Below, one piece after another: positions 35,468 through 47,866 of a DNA stretch of 64,000 bases; within the stretch, counting starts at the first letter, position 1; every line of letters starts with the position of its first letter. A program made the translations under genes and the position numbers. The DNA is from Chlorokybus atmophyticus (taxonomy: Eukaryota; Plantae; Mesostigma and Chlorokybus algae): NCBI GenBank assembly GCA_009103225.1, contig RHPI01003116.1:173356-237355 (forward strand), given 5' to 3'. The notes under the pieces were generated by a model. The model made no database searches. It was not told the origin of the DNA and saw only the letters and a program-made list of their open reading frames with translations.

Positions 35468-36812
35468 ATGGGCAACATGGATGCGGAGGGGGCGCCCACG
35501 TCAGATGAGCTGCCTGGAGGTGAGGAACAGAAGAAGGATCACCAGGCAGAGGAGCTGCGGAGGAGGACCACGGGCATGATGAGGAGGAGCATGAAGATGC
35601 CGAGGCGGAGCACGAGCACAAGGAAGAGCCATGGAGTACGCCGCCGCAACAGCGGGCTCTTCTCCTCCGCCTGCTGCCTGCCGGCAGGGGCCATGCAGGG
35701 CGGAGAAGAATCCTCCGGCGCAGCCGCCTGGCAGGAGGTCGGCCAAGCGGCGGCCGGCGGGGAAATCCAGGAGGCAGGAAGGCGGTGAGGGGGAGGGTGG
35801 CGCCAGCAGAGGCCACCCCAACCGCCGTAACGTCAAAGCCGCGACCTGGAAAATCTACATCTACAAGGCAAGTCAGACTGCAACTTGAACAGGCGTACAC
35901 TGCAACAAGAGCATGTGTTGACACACTGTAGGCTTGTAGCCGCTGCATTTGCCACATGCACAAAAGATGTTGGCCTAACGTGCGTGCATTGTGTTCACAT
36001 CTTTGGCAACTAGGTGCATGCTTGCGGCCAGAGGACCGCTCTTTACTTATGCTTTGAGCCAAAGCCTAACGTTTGTAAGAATGCACGCAACTTGCAACTG
36101 TCTACACTGTCCTCAGGTAGTGGTACTCACAGCATAAACTATCACAAGTCGGGAAGCCTGTTGACAACAAACCGTAGCTGTAAAGCAGCAGCATTCTGTC
36201 TTGCAGCTGCGGTCAGTCTGCGTATGGTAGTCGCACTCTGGCAATGGTGGGCCCCGCTAGATACAAATCAGCAACAGAGTCAGGGCCCCTCTGACCGTCA
36301 CCAGGACGTGTATTGAGCAGCACAGCGGTGCATGTTTGTGGCTACCAGCGCAGAGTAGAGCAAGAGCAGACCTCAGCACCAGCAGAAAGATGTTGCTGCA
36401 GGTGCTGAAGCATGCATTTTGCAAGGCATTGTAAAGCAAGCAATATGCCTGGTGACTGGGCCAATATGCTTTCTCTTTTGTGCAGGTGCTCAAGCAGGTG
36501 CACCCAGACATGGGCATCAGCAGCAAGGCGATGAGCATCATGAACAGCTTCATCAACGACATGTTCGAGAAGATCGCCACGGAGGCCTCGCGCCTTGCTC
36601 GCTACACCCACAAGAACACCCTCACGTTCCGCGAGATTCAGACCGCAGTCAGGCTTATCCTTCCTGGCAAGCATCATGATGATGTACTACTTTCAATCTC
36701 AAAAACACAACACTAGCATATTATACCGACTTTCTTGATACTGTACTAGTGTCTTCCAACCTGCGTGTAATTGGCCAAGCATGCGGTGACGAAATTAACA
36801 TCTTCAGCATGA
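35468..36812 (+). pseudogene. H2B: Disabled copy of the long-tailed H2B variant
   Basis: Two frameshifts in exon 1 relative to copy A (GAACCAGAA to GAACAGAA, and a second just before ATG 35631). The exon-3 acceptor is lost, there is a 21-nt deletion of SEGTKAV, and S to F occurs in TSRE. Confidence 0.8.
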
Positions 36813-37524
36813 TGATGCACCCATCCATGCGGTACACGGCCTGTACTGCGATGTTGTAACAACAAGCGAGCTTTCTTGTACATAGTGCGTGAGTTGTACA
36901 CAGAACAGTGAGATGTGCTGCCTGTGGTAACGTAAAATAAACAGAACTTGTCGTGCCTCATCTTGCATAGGGACATGGTGGGCACTGTGCACATCATCTG
37001 GCGGCACTGCACGCCACAACAGCCATATTCACATGCACAATCGTACACACACCGCAACACTTAGACAGTCGCCGACGCAACAGTCTGTTGCGTTGGCAAC
37101 AGTCTGACTGTGGCCATCGGGACAAAACACACTCAGAAACCGCACAATTATGCGAAACAATGCACAAAGTACAGGTACTGCAAGCTGCAACCATGAATGC
37201 GGTGGTTGATAAATGTAATATTATCATTGCGCGCGCTACGTCTGTTACCCAACTATAGGAAAGGTCAGACGCTATGTATGTACTGTCAAGTACTGTCTTC
37301 TCTACAGACAGGCATTTGCCTGTCATCTACAAAGCAAGCTGGCAAGAAGGAAGGAGAGGAAGCACCATGTGCTTCCTCCTGTCCTTCCCGCACAGCTTGG
37401 CAAAAGAATGAGCAAAAGAATGCGCAAAAGAATAAGCAACTCCTAACTAACTCCAACTTGCTTTCCCACTAACAATGTTCTAGTCTACGCGAAGCATAAA
37501 AACCTTTTGTTACTTTCCTTTTGT

Positions 37525-40500
37525 TCAGCTCCAAGTCGTGTGCAAATTGTCCACCTGGCTGAGTGCCAGTGTCTGTTGGTCGCCGGCGGTGGCGGCGGGG
37601 CCGGCGGTGATGGCACCGGGAAGGGCGAGGAGTGGGGAGGCCGGGTTGGAGGCGTAGAGCTTATGCCACGTGGCGCCGTTGGGGCTGTACTCCGCCGTGA
37701 CTACTGTCGTCGTTACGCTCAAGCGCAGCCACACCGGGAAGGTGCTGGCGACTGGGCCTGCAAGGATAATGAGGCTAGGGTTAGGGTTTGTGTGGTGGGA
37801 CGGACGTGTGCACTTGTGTATGTATGCTTGTTTTGCATAGAGTCAGTGTTGTATGCGTTTGCTGCTAAGCTGCAACGTTTGTTGCAAGCTGGTTTGGATT
37901 GCTATGCTGCTCAATGGAGCTGTCAGCTGCGACCAATCGTGTGTCACATATTGGAACACTATTGTGCGAAAGTTTCTGAATGCCTTTGGTATAACCCTGC
38001 GACTGGTGCGTGCGTGCGTGCGTGCGTGCTGCGTGAAGTGACAGCCAAGCAGTACTTAAATTGCTGTGAGCAGTCAACTGTGGTGAGTGGTATGTGACAG
38101 GAAGGGATGACTGTGCAACGTAGTAATGCATTGACACAAACTGTGCGCATGCACACGTGCTCACAATGAAGTGTAAGCGAGTGACATGCATGCGCACTCA
38201 CCGGCAAGGTTGGCGATTCTGGTGCCATAGACGCTGCGCACGTCCAGCTCAATGCTGCCGTCAGCGTTGGTGAAGAGGAAAGCTGCAGGGGCACGCGAGA
38301 GCCCAGGCGAGCCCAGACGCACCATCAGACCCGCTTTGCCCGTGGTGCCCCGGGAGAGCGACAGCACGCGAGCACTCATGGTTAGGCTGGAGGCGCGGAA
38401 CTGAGAAGTAGAGCAAACAGGGTGAGATGAAGGGCATGTGGCGTGACTTGTGTACATGCTTGTGTGCAGATGTGCACGCCAGTGCGTGCGTGCGTGTGTG
38501 CGCAAGCACGTGTGTACGTGTATGTGTGTGTATGTGCTCGCATGCATGTTCGCATACTGATTGGTAGACGAAGTTGAACTGGTCGACGGTGCCACGGACG
38601 TCAAGCCCGCCTGATGTCATTGTGTATTTGCCGTTCAAGTAGTATGCGCCACCTGGCAACACGCCCGTGTATGTGTCCGCGCCTATATCAGCTTGCGCGA
38701 ACCCGCTTGGCAGCGCTCCTAAGCATAGCAGTTTTGGTATAGTTCCTGTATCAAAGTGTACGCACACACACGCACATGCACGCACATCGTAAACTCAGGC
38801 ACCAACCTGTGCCAGCAGCTGGCGTTGCAATTGTATAGTAGGCTGTGTAAGCCGTTGAGCTGGCTTTCACCAGTTGCGTGCTCGGGCCAGCATTTGACCA
38901 GCCTGATTGAGTTGACCGCAGTTAAAATGGTTTCTCAGTGAATGAATGCCAGCATAAATACCAGTATGTGTGACTTACCCGCAAAGTTCATCTTCATGCC
39001 GCTCCATGTGGCGGTTGCGGGCGCGACCAAACGTACCATGGATCCATCCGCTGCTTGTGTGGTCATTGTGCCGGAAGAGGTCGTCAACTGTCAAAAAGGA
39101 CTTGAGTGAGTACTGTTATGACAGGAGCCACTCGTGGTGCAGGTATTGTAATATGTGTTCGTGCACGCACGCCCATGCACATGTGTGTGCGCACCTTTGC
39201 CCATGCAATTGTGCGTTACCTTGCTATTGGCGCCCACTCCAGCAATTGCAACTGGCGCAGTGTTTACGTTGAAGGTGAGCATGTGGACCCGAGGTGCGGA
39301 GTACCTGGCAACCACTTCGGTGGCGGGTCCCACCGCAGCACCTGAGGTCATAGAATCGTGCAGTAAGCCAACCTGTCTCTTGTTGTACATGTTGGCTGCA
39401 TCCAGGAACTGAGCTTACGTGTGGGCCACGCAATCGGCTGCGTGTTCCATGTTGGGATGCCGTCAACCCTTGCGACTGTCGGAAGCGAGAAGCGGAACCA
39501 CCGTGCCTTCACTGCGTCACCAGCGTTGTCCACCAAAACACTGAAGGTGATTTCCCACGTGCTTGAAGCCGGCTCAAAGTCAGCCTGAAAAGCAACAGCG
39601 GCTCATCATCAGGATTATGCGCAAGTGCTGGATGTGTGTGCGTGTGCGTGCACGTGTGTTGTGTGTGCCCCCATATGCGTTGCACACAATGCACACACGC
39701 GCGCGTACATGCATGTGCTTGCATATGTACGTGCATGTGTACTCAGTTTTTGCCAACAAGCTACTGCCGCACACAAGTGAATACAGCTTGATACCACTGT
39801 GTGCTCTCTCTGTACCTGCCAGAAGTCCTTGCCATTGACAGCCTGGTCCACAACAGCCCAGTTTATCCCATCATAGCTCATCTCCAGCTTTGGGTCCTTG
39901 AAGCCCGTCACGCCCGCAAAGGTCATTGCAAGGTGGCTCAGTCCGCCGGTAACCGAGAATTGGGCTCGGTTAGCGCCGTCAACCTGGTTGTGGATGAACA
40001 AAGGTCAGTTTATGCCTGCGGTGCAGTCCAGCAAGTATGTGCATCGTTTGAGTTTGAACCTACCTGAATCATCAGCGGGCGATCGCGCAGCATTTTGCCT
40101 GTCGTGATGATGAATGTGGGCGTGTTGAGCGCGACCTCCCGGTACATCATGCGCCAGCTGTTCTCCCACTTGAGCAGCGCGGCTTGCATGTTGGCGTTGG
40201 GGCCGTAGTAGTCCACTTTGTACTTGGGCAGGATTACCTGCTCGATGATGCAATCGACGTAGTCGCCGGCCTTGAGAGACGTCACCGAGGACGGCGGGAC
40301 CACCTCGATAATGGACACGGCCAAGTTGGGTGCGTCTGTGCCGTATGACTTGATCCCGCGCTCTGCGGCACAACCGACACACAGAGGGTGAGTACACGTA
40401 CACACGAGCTTGTATGAAATGCACAAGAACTTGTTACAGACCTGCCAAGAATGGGTTGGTAGGATTCCCGTTGAGCACTGCATTCCATTTTGAGATAGAG

Positions 40501-43500
40501 AACCCGCGCGAGGCGTCGGTAGCGCCCTTGCCCGCAGCGCCAGGGCCCTGTTGCGTTGGATTGTCACACAATGTGTGGGTCAGTCTCTTTTGCGTCCCAC
40601 AACAACTATATGGTTTATACTTTGTTGGCTTTGTCGTACCTGAGTGAAAGACACCCAATTCTTCCTTCCCTTCATCTCATAAAATGGTGTCCGGTATGCG
40701 TCTTTCCCGTTCACTGCGTGTGATGCAACATGTTTGTCCAAGTCATGCAGTATTGTGTAGCTTGTGTATGTTGCGATTCTTATCATTGTCATCATTGCTT
40801 GTTGGAATGCCAAGGCACTGCACCTTGGCCAAGTGGGCTGTTCCACTCAAGTGCAAGTCCAGTCTCATCACCATACGCGAAGTGGGTGCTGTATCCGTAA
40901 CTATAAGCCTCAGCCGACATCTGCAAAATAGAGTGCAACAGTTGAGCTGTTGTCATCATGTTGGGCATTGTGCACGAGTGTGCGCATGTTTGCATGTGTA
41001 CAGGTATACGTGGGAGCATACAGGTGGCGAGATGGTCACTCAACCAACCTGCCAGATGGGGAAGCGAACGAATGTCATGTCGGAGAGCACGTCAATGCGC
41101 AGGTGGTAAACGGCCCTTGCAGCGTCATCAGAGCGCGCGATTGAAGCGGTGTATTGAATCTTCATCATGTTGTCTTGGGACTTGCCCGCATATGTTGTCT
41201 GCAGGTAACGGGTTGTCGGTCTTAAGTCACTCTCAAGTGGCTGTTTGTGTGTGCATGCGTGTGCCCGCAAGTGCATGTGTACATGTATGCACCTCTGCCT
41301 GCGTGTGTCTCATACGCTTTTTCAATGTTTGCTTTGACTCACCTCTGTCAAGAGAGGTCCCTGTCGTTTGCGGTAGGTTTTCATCTCCACGTTGTACACG
41401 CGGTCTGTCGAGCCCGTATCGATGGCGTTGAAGTCGCCTCCTCCTACATTTGTCGTCCAACCAAACTGCTCCCTCTTGGCCTGACGTTGTTCGCACAAGG
41501 TCAGTTTCACATCCACGAGCTAACTTGGTGATGCACCTTGAGTGGTCACTCACCCCGTTGCCAAGCACGTATAGTGGCCGCATGTCGAGGACTGCCGCCC
41601 TCACGTTGCGACCCTGATCAGGCTCGTAGCAGAAGGTTTCAGCCCAGGCTCTGTGCAAGAGGCACCGTGAGTCTACGCACATGCGGTTTTTAATTCTATC
41701 CACATGCACGCACACACGCGCGCACTCATACATGCGCACGAGGTGGCCTTCAGGCATGACGATATATGCCATTGCACTGTGTTGCAGAGTTGTGATATGC
41801 GTCGTCATGAACAACACATACGAGATGGCGGCTTGGTCCCACTGAGTGTTGGGCTGATATGTGAGAGCCAGCTGCACGTGTGAGGCGGCGGGCGCCCCGC
41901 CCCAGAAGGCGTTCAGTGTCGTGTACACCATCGACCACGACGCCCCCGCTGGCACTGCCATCGCCACCATACCCCTGAACCACTTCGGGTTTGAATCCCA
42001 GTTCTTGGACACCTGTAAGAACCAGTCAAGTTACAATCAAGTGAGACAAGTGTGACATGCACGCAGACACAAGCACAGGCACAAGTGAATAGAAAGGCAA
42101 CCAAGCGCACATGTACTCGCACACCTACATGCGCACGCACGACTACACCCACACTCATGCATATCCACACACGTACACATGAACAGTGCACCTATGCACT
42201 AACATAGTAAGTACTGGGACCATCATGTTCATACTTGGATGGGGATGCCGATGGGGTTGAGTTGGGTGTCGTGCAGGGTGGCGAGAATGCCCGGGACGAG
42301 GAAGACAGTGCCAATCTTGGAGAAGGAGAGCCTCGCGATGCGTGTGCTCGCGCTTGGGTTTGACACGGTCACCGTCACGCGCTCAATGCGGTTCCACCTT
42401 TGGTCTCCCAGCGGCTGTTGCCTGTTAAAACAAGAAGAGAACTAAGCGTGAGCTTCTGTTTAATTCACCGTGTGGAGTCAGTGCATTGACCGAGTTATGT
42501 CGTTGGCTTACGCGTCGTTGCGCAGAGCAATGTCGTGCCAGCCTTGCTCTTCAACGTATTGCACGGGAAGGTTGGGGACAACCATCGGCATCGTCTGTAG
42601 CGATGGAACCACGCAAGGGTTACTTGAATCGAATGCTAGTCTCAGCGTCCGCCTTTGTTTGCATTTCAGCTTAGCAGCAGCATACCTGGTCAGCAGCAAC
42701 CGTAATGGGCGTGCGCAGATTTGTCAAACCGCGCTCGGCATCGTTGAAGTACGCTACCAAGGTAACCGTGCGCTTGGTCAACGGGAGCCAACTGGACGCG
42801 CATACAACCCAACTTTGTCAACCCAATCCAACCCAATCCAACCCAACAATGGGCACAACATGCGACCCAACATGCAGCACAACACCCACGTGCTGGGGTT
42901 GCTGATCGCTTCATTGCCATTGGCAACCGAGGCCCCGGTCGACGCTGCAATGGTGAAATCAGAGCCGAGTCCCGCTGCGCTCAGCTTCACATATATGCGA
43001 GCGGTGGAGAAGTCCTTAGTTTGCGGGGTCACGGACAACGTGAAGGCCACGCGGTCCGGCCAGACGGATACCTCAATGGAGGACTTGATCGGAGGTGTGC
43101 CGCCTGCGTGCATGTAACATGTGTAAGCGTAAGAGAGAGTTTGTGCATGTGCCTGTGCGCGCACGTGCGTGTACAGGCAGCTTGATTGGACCACGTGAAA
43201 AGCGGGAGTTGACCAACATGCATATTCAAATGCGAGTTGACACAATGTCTATCCCGCAACGTGTATGTGATTCACTCACTTGACCATATGAGTGAGTCGA
43301 ACAGGCGGCGATTGAACCAGCGCCCGTGTTCGACAAGCTTGGCATTTTGCACAAAGCTGCAATAATACAACAGTAAGGTGACTATCAGGATGTCGCACGT
43401 GAAAGTCTGGCTGCGTGTACCCAAAGTTGATACTTACTTGCCAGACGTGCCGGTGGCTGTGTACACCACATTGTTGTAGTTCAACCCAAAGGTAATGGTC

Positions 43501-44352
43501 GCATCACCGGGCAGCCCGCTCTCAATCATCTCATTGCCAAGGTTCAGTGCGTAGGCCTCTGCGTGGGGTAGAGACACATGTTAGTCCTCACCCAACCCAA
43601 CAACCCAACATATGCTTTGCTCCTCAGTCAACTCACCGGACACGCGGCGGGTGAGCTTCCCGAAGGTGAGCATTTTCAGCGTGTTGTAACTGAGTTCGAA
43701 GCCGTAGCGGCTGGTTTGCACCGCCACGATCAAGTTGGTGGGATCACGCAGCCCGTTCTTCCAGTACATGTAGGAGTAGTCTGCCACTGTCCCCACAGCC
43801 GTGTCGGGGATGGTGGAGATTGCCTCTAATGTTGTTGTTGCTGCGTTTGTGCGCATGCCACTGGTACCCTCTGGCAATGGAGTGTCCGGCTGCGGACTGT
43901 TCATCACATGCACACGCAAAAGGAGTGTCATTGAATGCAGGTGCGTGGTACTGCAGCACCGATTGGCTCGCTGCATGCATGGCTTATGCGCTTGTGTATC
44001 ATTGTAAATGACAAGCGCATAAGCAACCGGGCGCGGTCAAGTGCAAGTGCCATACGGTGAGTGAGTGAGTGAGTGAGTGAGTGAGCGAGTGCGTGTGCGT
44101 GTGCGTGTGCGTGTGCGTGTGCGTGTGCGCTCAGTGCTAAATGGATGAGTGTTCATTCACAGGTGAAGTGCATTTGTGTGAGATTGGTGTGTGCGCGTAC
44201 TCGCGTAGGACATCGGCGGCGCTGAGGTCCATTTTGAAGATATCGGAGGGCTCGTAGCTGGAGAGATCTTGTTGTTGTGCGCTGGCCGGGAGTGAGAGGA
44301 TGAAAAGAAGCAGGAGGGAGACAACAGCTGCGAGAGCGTGTACGCGCGCCAT
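37525..44352 (-). CDS. Large secreted bacterial-like multi-domain protein; copy B
   Basis: Same exon chain as 23282-30064. The exon differences I checked are mostly synonymous. Confidence 0.78.
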
Positions 44353-45795
44353 AGCTATAACACAATATGTGTTCTTGAGAGGAGAGTGTGCTGTTTGAAT
44401 AGATAAATGTATTGAAGGCTTGTAATGGAGCCTTCAAATGAATGGAATGGTTCAGAAGAATGTGTTGAAGGCTTGTAATGGAGCCTTCAGTTGAAATGAA
44501 ATGAATGGTACAGATGATTGGTTGTGTCGTTGCCAGTCTGCCAACACAACAGGAATGTGTCAAAGACTGAAAACAACAACAGCAACAGAACCATCACAAC
44601 CAGCAACCAACACAGCAGTAGCAGCAGCAGTCATTCTCTCAAGTATGCAAGTACTCAACCAGCCAAGCCTAAATGACAGAACCAAGAGCAAATTGAACAC
44701 TCACCTCAGTTGACAGTAGTACAGAGAGCAACGTTAGGCAGCAGCAGAATGCAGCCGCGCCTGCAACAACACCACAACACGTCTAACTGCTCTCCAATAC
44801 GTAGTACTAGCGCTGAGCTTTACACCAGCACAGCGAACAGCGGCATGCACTGCCGCCGCCTTATGAGGCCGCCGCCAATGTGGCGCGGGCGTGCTTGTGT
44901 GTGGATGTGTATGTGACTCCGTCCTTGTGTACTTATACCTCGGAGTCACAAAGCACACCCGTGCCGTGCCTTCACGATAACCCAAAATGACGGCTGTTTA
45001 TTAATACGCCGTTGACGGGCGGCTATAAGCGAGCACCATACGCTTAATCTCCCGCCGGAAAGTTGAATACCTCCAAAAGTTTTCGAGGCGGTAGGGCCAA
45101 TGTCCGGCGACACTTCGGTCCCCATCAGTTGTTCCGAGGACTTCCGTCATTGGAAACGTAGGCTCCGTAGTGTTGAACGATAGGCACTGCGGAAACGGTT
45201 TCCTGAAAATCTGGAAAATTGTCGTTGGGTGGATCGACGATTGATAAAGTCACCCTGTGTGTGTGAATTATTGTCTCCAGCATGTACAGCAGCGCTGGCG
45301 AGACAGGTATGGCGTGCAAATGTCTCAGGTAGCTACCAGCTTGCAATTGTGTGAAACTTATCTGCAACGACGCAGCGCAGTTGCATCCGATGGCTGACGC
45401 AACCTAATTCGGAAGTGGTCAACCAAATCATCTGACACAGTAGCAACAGCTTTCACACAGAGCAATGCGCTTGCATGATTGGTACGCTGCTGACAATTAT
45501 ACAGCGAGTGACGTTGCAGCACCGTTCAATGAGTGCCTGCGTCGTTATATGCATATCAGAGACTGTAAGCAACTTAATGGCGCCATCGGCTTGTCATTAA
45601 AAGTGTCAATTTGGCTATTTGCCTTGTGGCCCAATACCACCACATGACAAGACAGATTTACTACAATCTGATGCAAGGAAAGCGTGCTGTAGTTTTGTTG
45701 TTTTACAATGTATTTTACCGTATAGATTATTATATCGTATACGTCTTACTTTACCTCGTCAGGGACCCCCCTCATCAACATGTTTGTCCAAGTCA

Positions 45796-46774
45796 NNNNN
45801 NNNNNNNNNNNNNNNNNNNNNNNNNNNNNNNNNNNNNNNNNNNNNNNNNNNNNNNNNNNNNNNNNNNNNNNNNNNNNNNNNNNNNNNNNNNNNNNNNNNN
45901 NNNNNNNNNNNNNNNNNNNNNNNNNNNNNNNNNNNNNNNNNNNNNNNNNNNNNNNNNNNNNNNNNNNNNNNNNNNNNNNNNNNNNNNNNNNNNNNNNNNN
46001 NNNNNNNNNNNNNNNNNNNNNNNNNNNNNNNNNNNNNNNNNNNNNNNNNNNNNNNNNNNNNNNNNNNNNNNNNNNNNNNNNNNNNNNNNNNNNNNNNNNN
46101 NNNNNNNNNNNNNNNNNNNNNNNNNNNNNNNNNNNNNNNNNNNNNNNNNNNNNNNNNNNNNNNNNNNNNNNNNNNNNNNNNNNNNNNNNNNNNNNNNNNN
46201 NNNNNNNNNNNNNNNNNNNNNNNNNNNNNNNNNNNNNNNNNNNNNNNNNNNNNNNNNNNNNNNNNNNNNNNNNNNNNNNNNNNNNNNNNNNNNNNNNNNN
46301 NNNNNNNNNNNNNNNNNNNNNNNNNNNNNNNNNNNNNNNNNNNNNNNNNNNNNNNNNNNNNNNNNNNNNNNNNNNNNNNNNNNNNNNNNNNNNNNNNNNN
46401 NNNNNNNNNNNNNNNNNNNNNNNNNNNNNNNNNNNNNNNNNNNNNNNNNNNNNNNNNNNNNNNNNNNNNNNNNNNNNNNNNNNNNNNNNNNNNNNNNNNN
46501 NNNNNNNNNNNNNNNNNNNNNNNNNNNNNNNNNNNNNNNNNNNNNNNNNNNNNNNNNNNNNNNNNNNNNNNNNNNNNNNNNNNNNNNNNNNNNNNNNNNN
46601 NNNNNNNNNNNNNNNNNNNNNNNNNNNNNNNNNNNNNNNNNNNNNNNNNNNNNNNNNNNNNNNNNNNNNNNNNNNNNNNNNNNNNNNNNNNNNNNNNNNN
46701 NNNNNNNNNNNNNNNNNNNNNNNNNNNNNNNNNNNNNNNNNNNNNNNNNNNNNNNNNNNNNNNNNNNNNNNNNN
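45796..46774. other. Assembly gap (N run) with suspect flanks
   Basis: N run. Both edges match sequence elsewhere in the window. Confidence 0.99.
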
Positions 46775-47866
46775 TGAACGTCTGCAACCTGAATGCTGCA
46801 ACATATGCTGACCAGCCCCCCCCTCCCGTCCGCTATAATCCAATCCTCTTAAGTTTGAGGGTATGCAGCCAACAGATAATTACTGATATAATGTGCACGA
46901 CCGCAACGTAATGCACGTATATAATAATATGTTACGAAACAAGATGATTCGATAATTGGAATGCAATTATGTGAACTCATATTTATTATTTAAATTAACA
47001 CGATGGTTTAAAATTTGATTATGTAAATGCGCAAGTAAAGATAGCAAACTCACAACCACGATCTGCATCGTTACTATAGCAGTATGTCGTTGAAACATTT
47101 AAATATACAATACCTTACAATAACAATTGTACATGCTAATTTACGTTAATTGTAATTCACACCAAAAATCGTTTGATGGCAACATCGCTGTACAAAACAT
47201 CGTCATTTATATGGATGCGCGAAGTTGAAATTCTTTCATGTGCACGAAGGCAATAAGCATGCATGCAGGTCTTAACTTAATTTTAAGCAATTGAGTTAAG
47301 TCATGCATGTCTTGAGGGAATATTGAGCAATTGTGTTATGATATGCAAAATTTAAACTCAAAGAATTTATGCACCATTGTGTCATATTGTATTGTACATT
47401 GGGTCATAAGTTACAAAAAAAGAACCAAGTCAATTGCTTCGGTATATATTGGTGCAAGCCACACGCGCATGCATACAATAGAGTATAATTCAGCAGACAC
47501 AATCATCAATAGAGCAACTCTTAGCATTCGCGATTGCGACGAAACACCCTGTTACATTAACAAGGTTAAGGTGCGCCGGCATTTTGCACGTATAACCAAG
47601 GGCCATGGACCATTAGTGGCAAGCAGTAATCACAAACGCACAAACGCTCATGTTACATCAATCAGCAAGTGTTCAGTCATATAACCAGTCAACCATGCCT
47701 ATTCCAAACACAACACAATGCTTTAATGCTGTCATGGTTGACACCCTTGAAAGTACCAGTATCGGTTCATGACTCATGCGTTAATGCGCTCTTCATACAA
47801 TTCGCAGCGTTGCACGCTTACATGTGTACACCCAACACTGTACCCACCCTACAGTGCTGTGCCAGC

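Larger units (their letters stand above)
34536..47055. repeat. Segmental duplication copy B
   Basis: Collinear with copy A and carries the same two genes. Confidence 0.9.

Noticed and set aside
45611-46911. 340-430 aa ORFs
   Set aside because: They consist almost entirely of X from the N gap. The same applies to the ORFs spanning 31514-31734 and 49195-49515.
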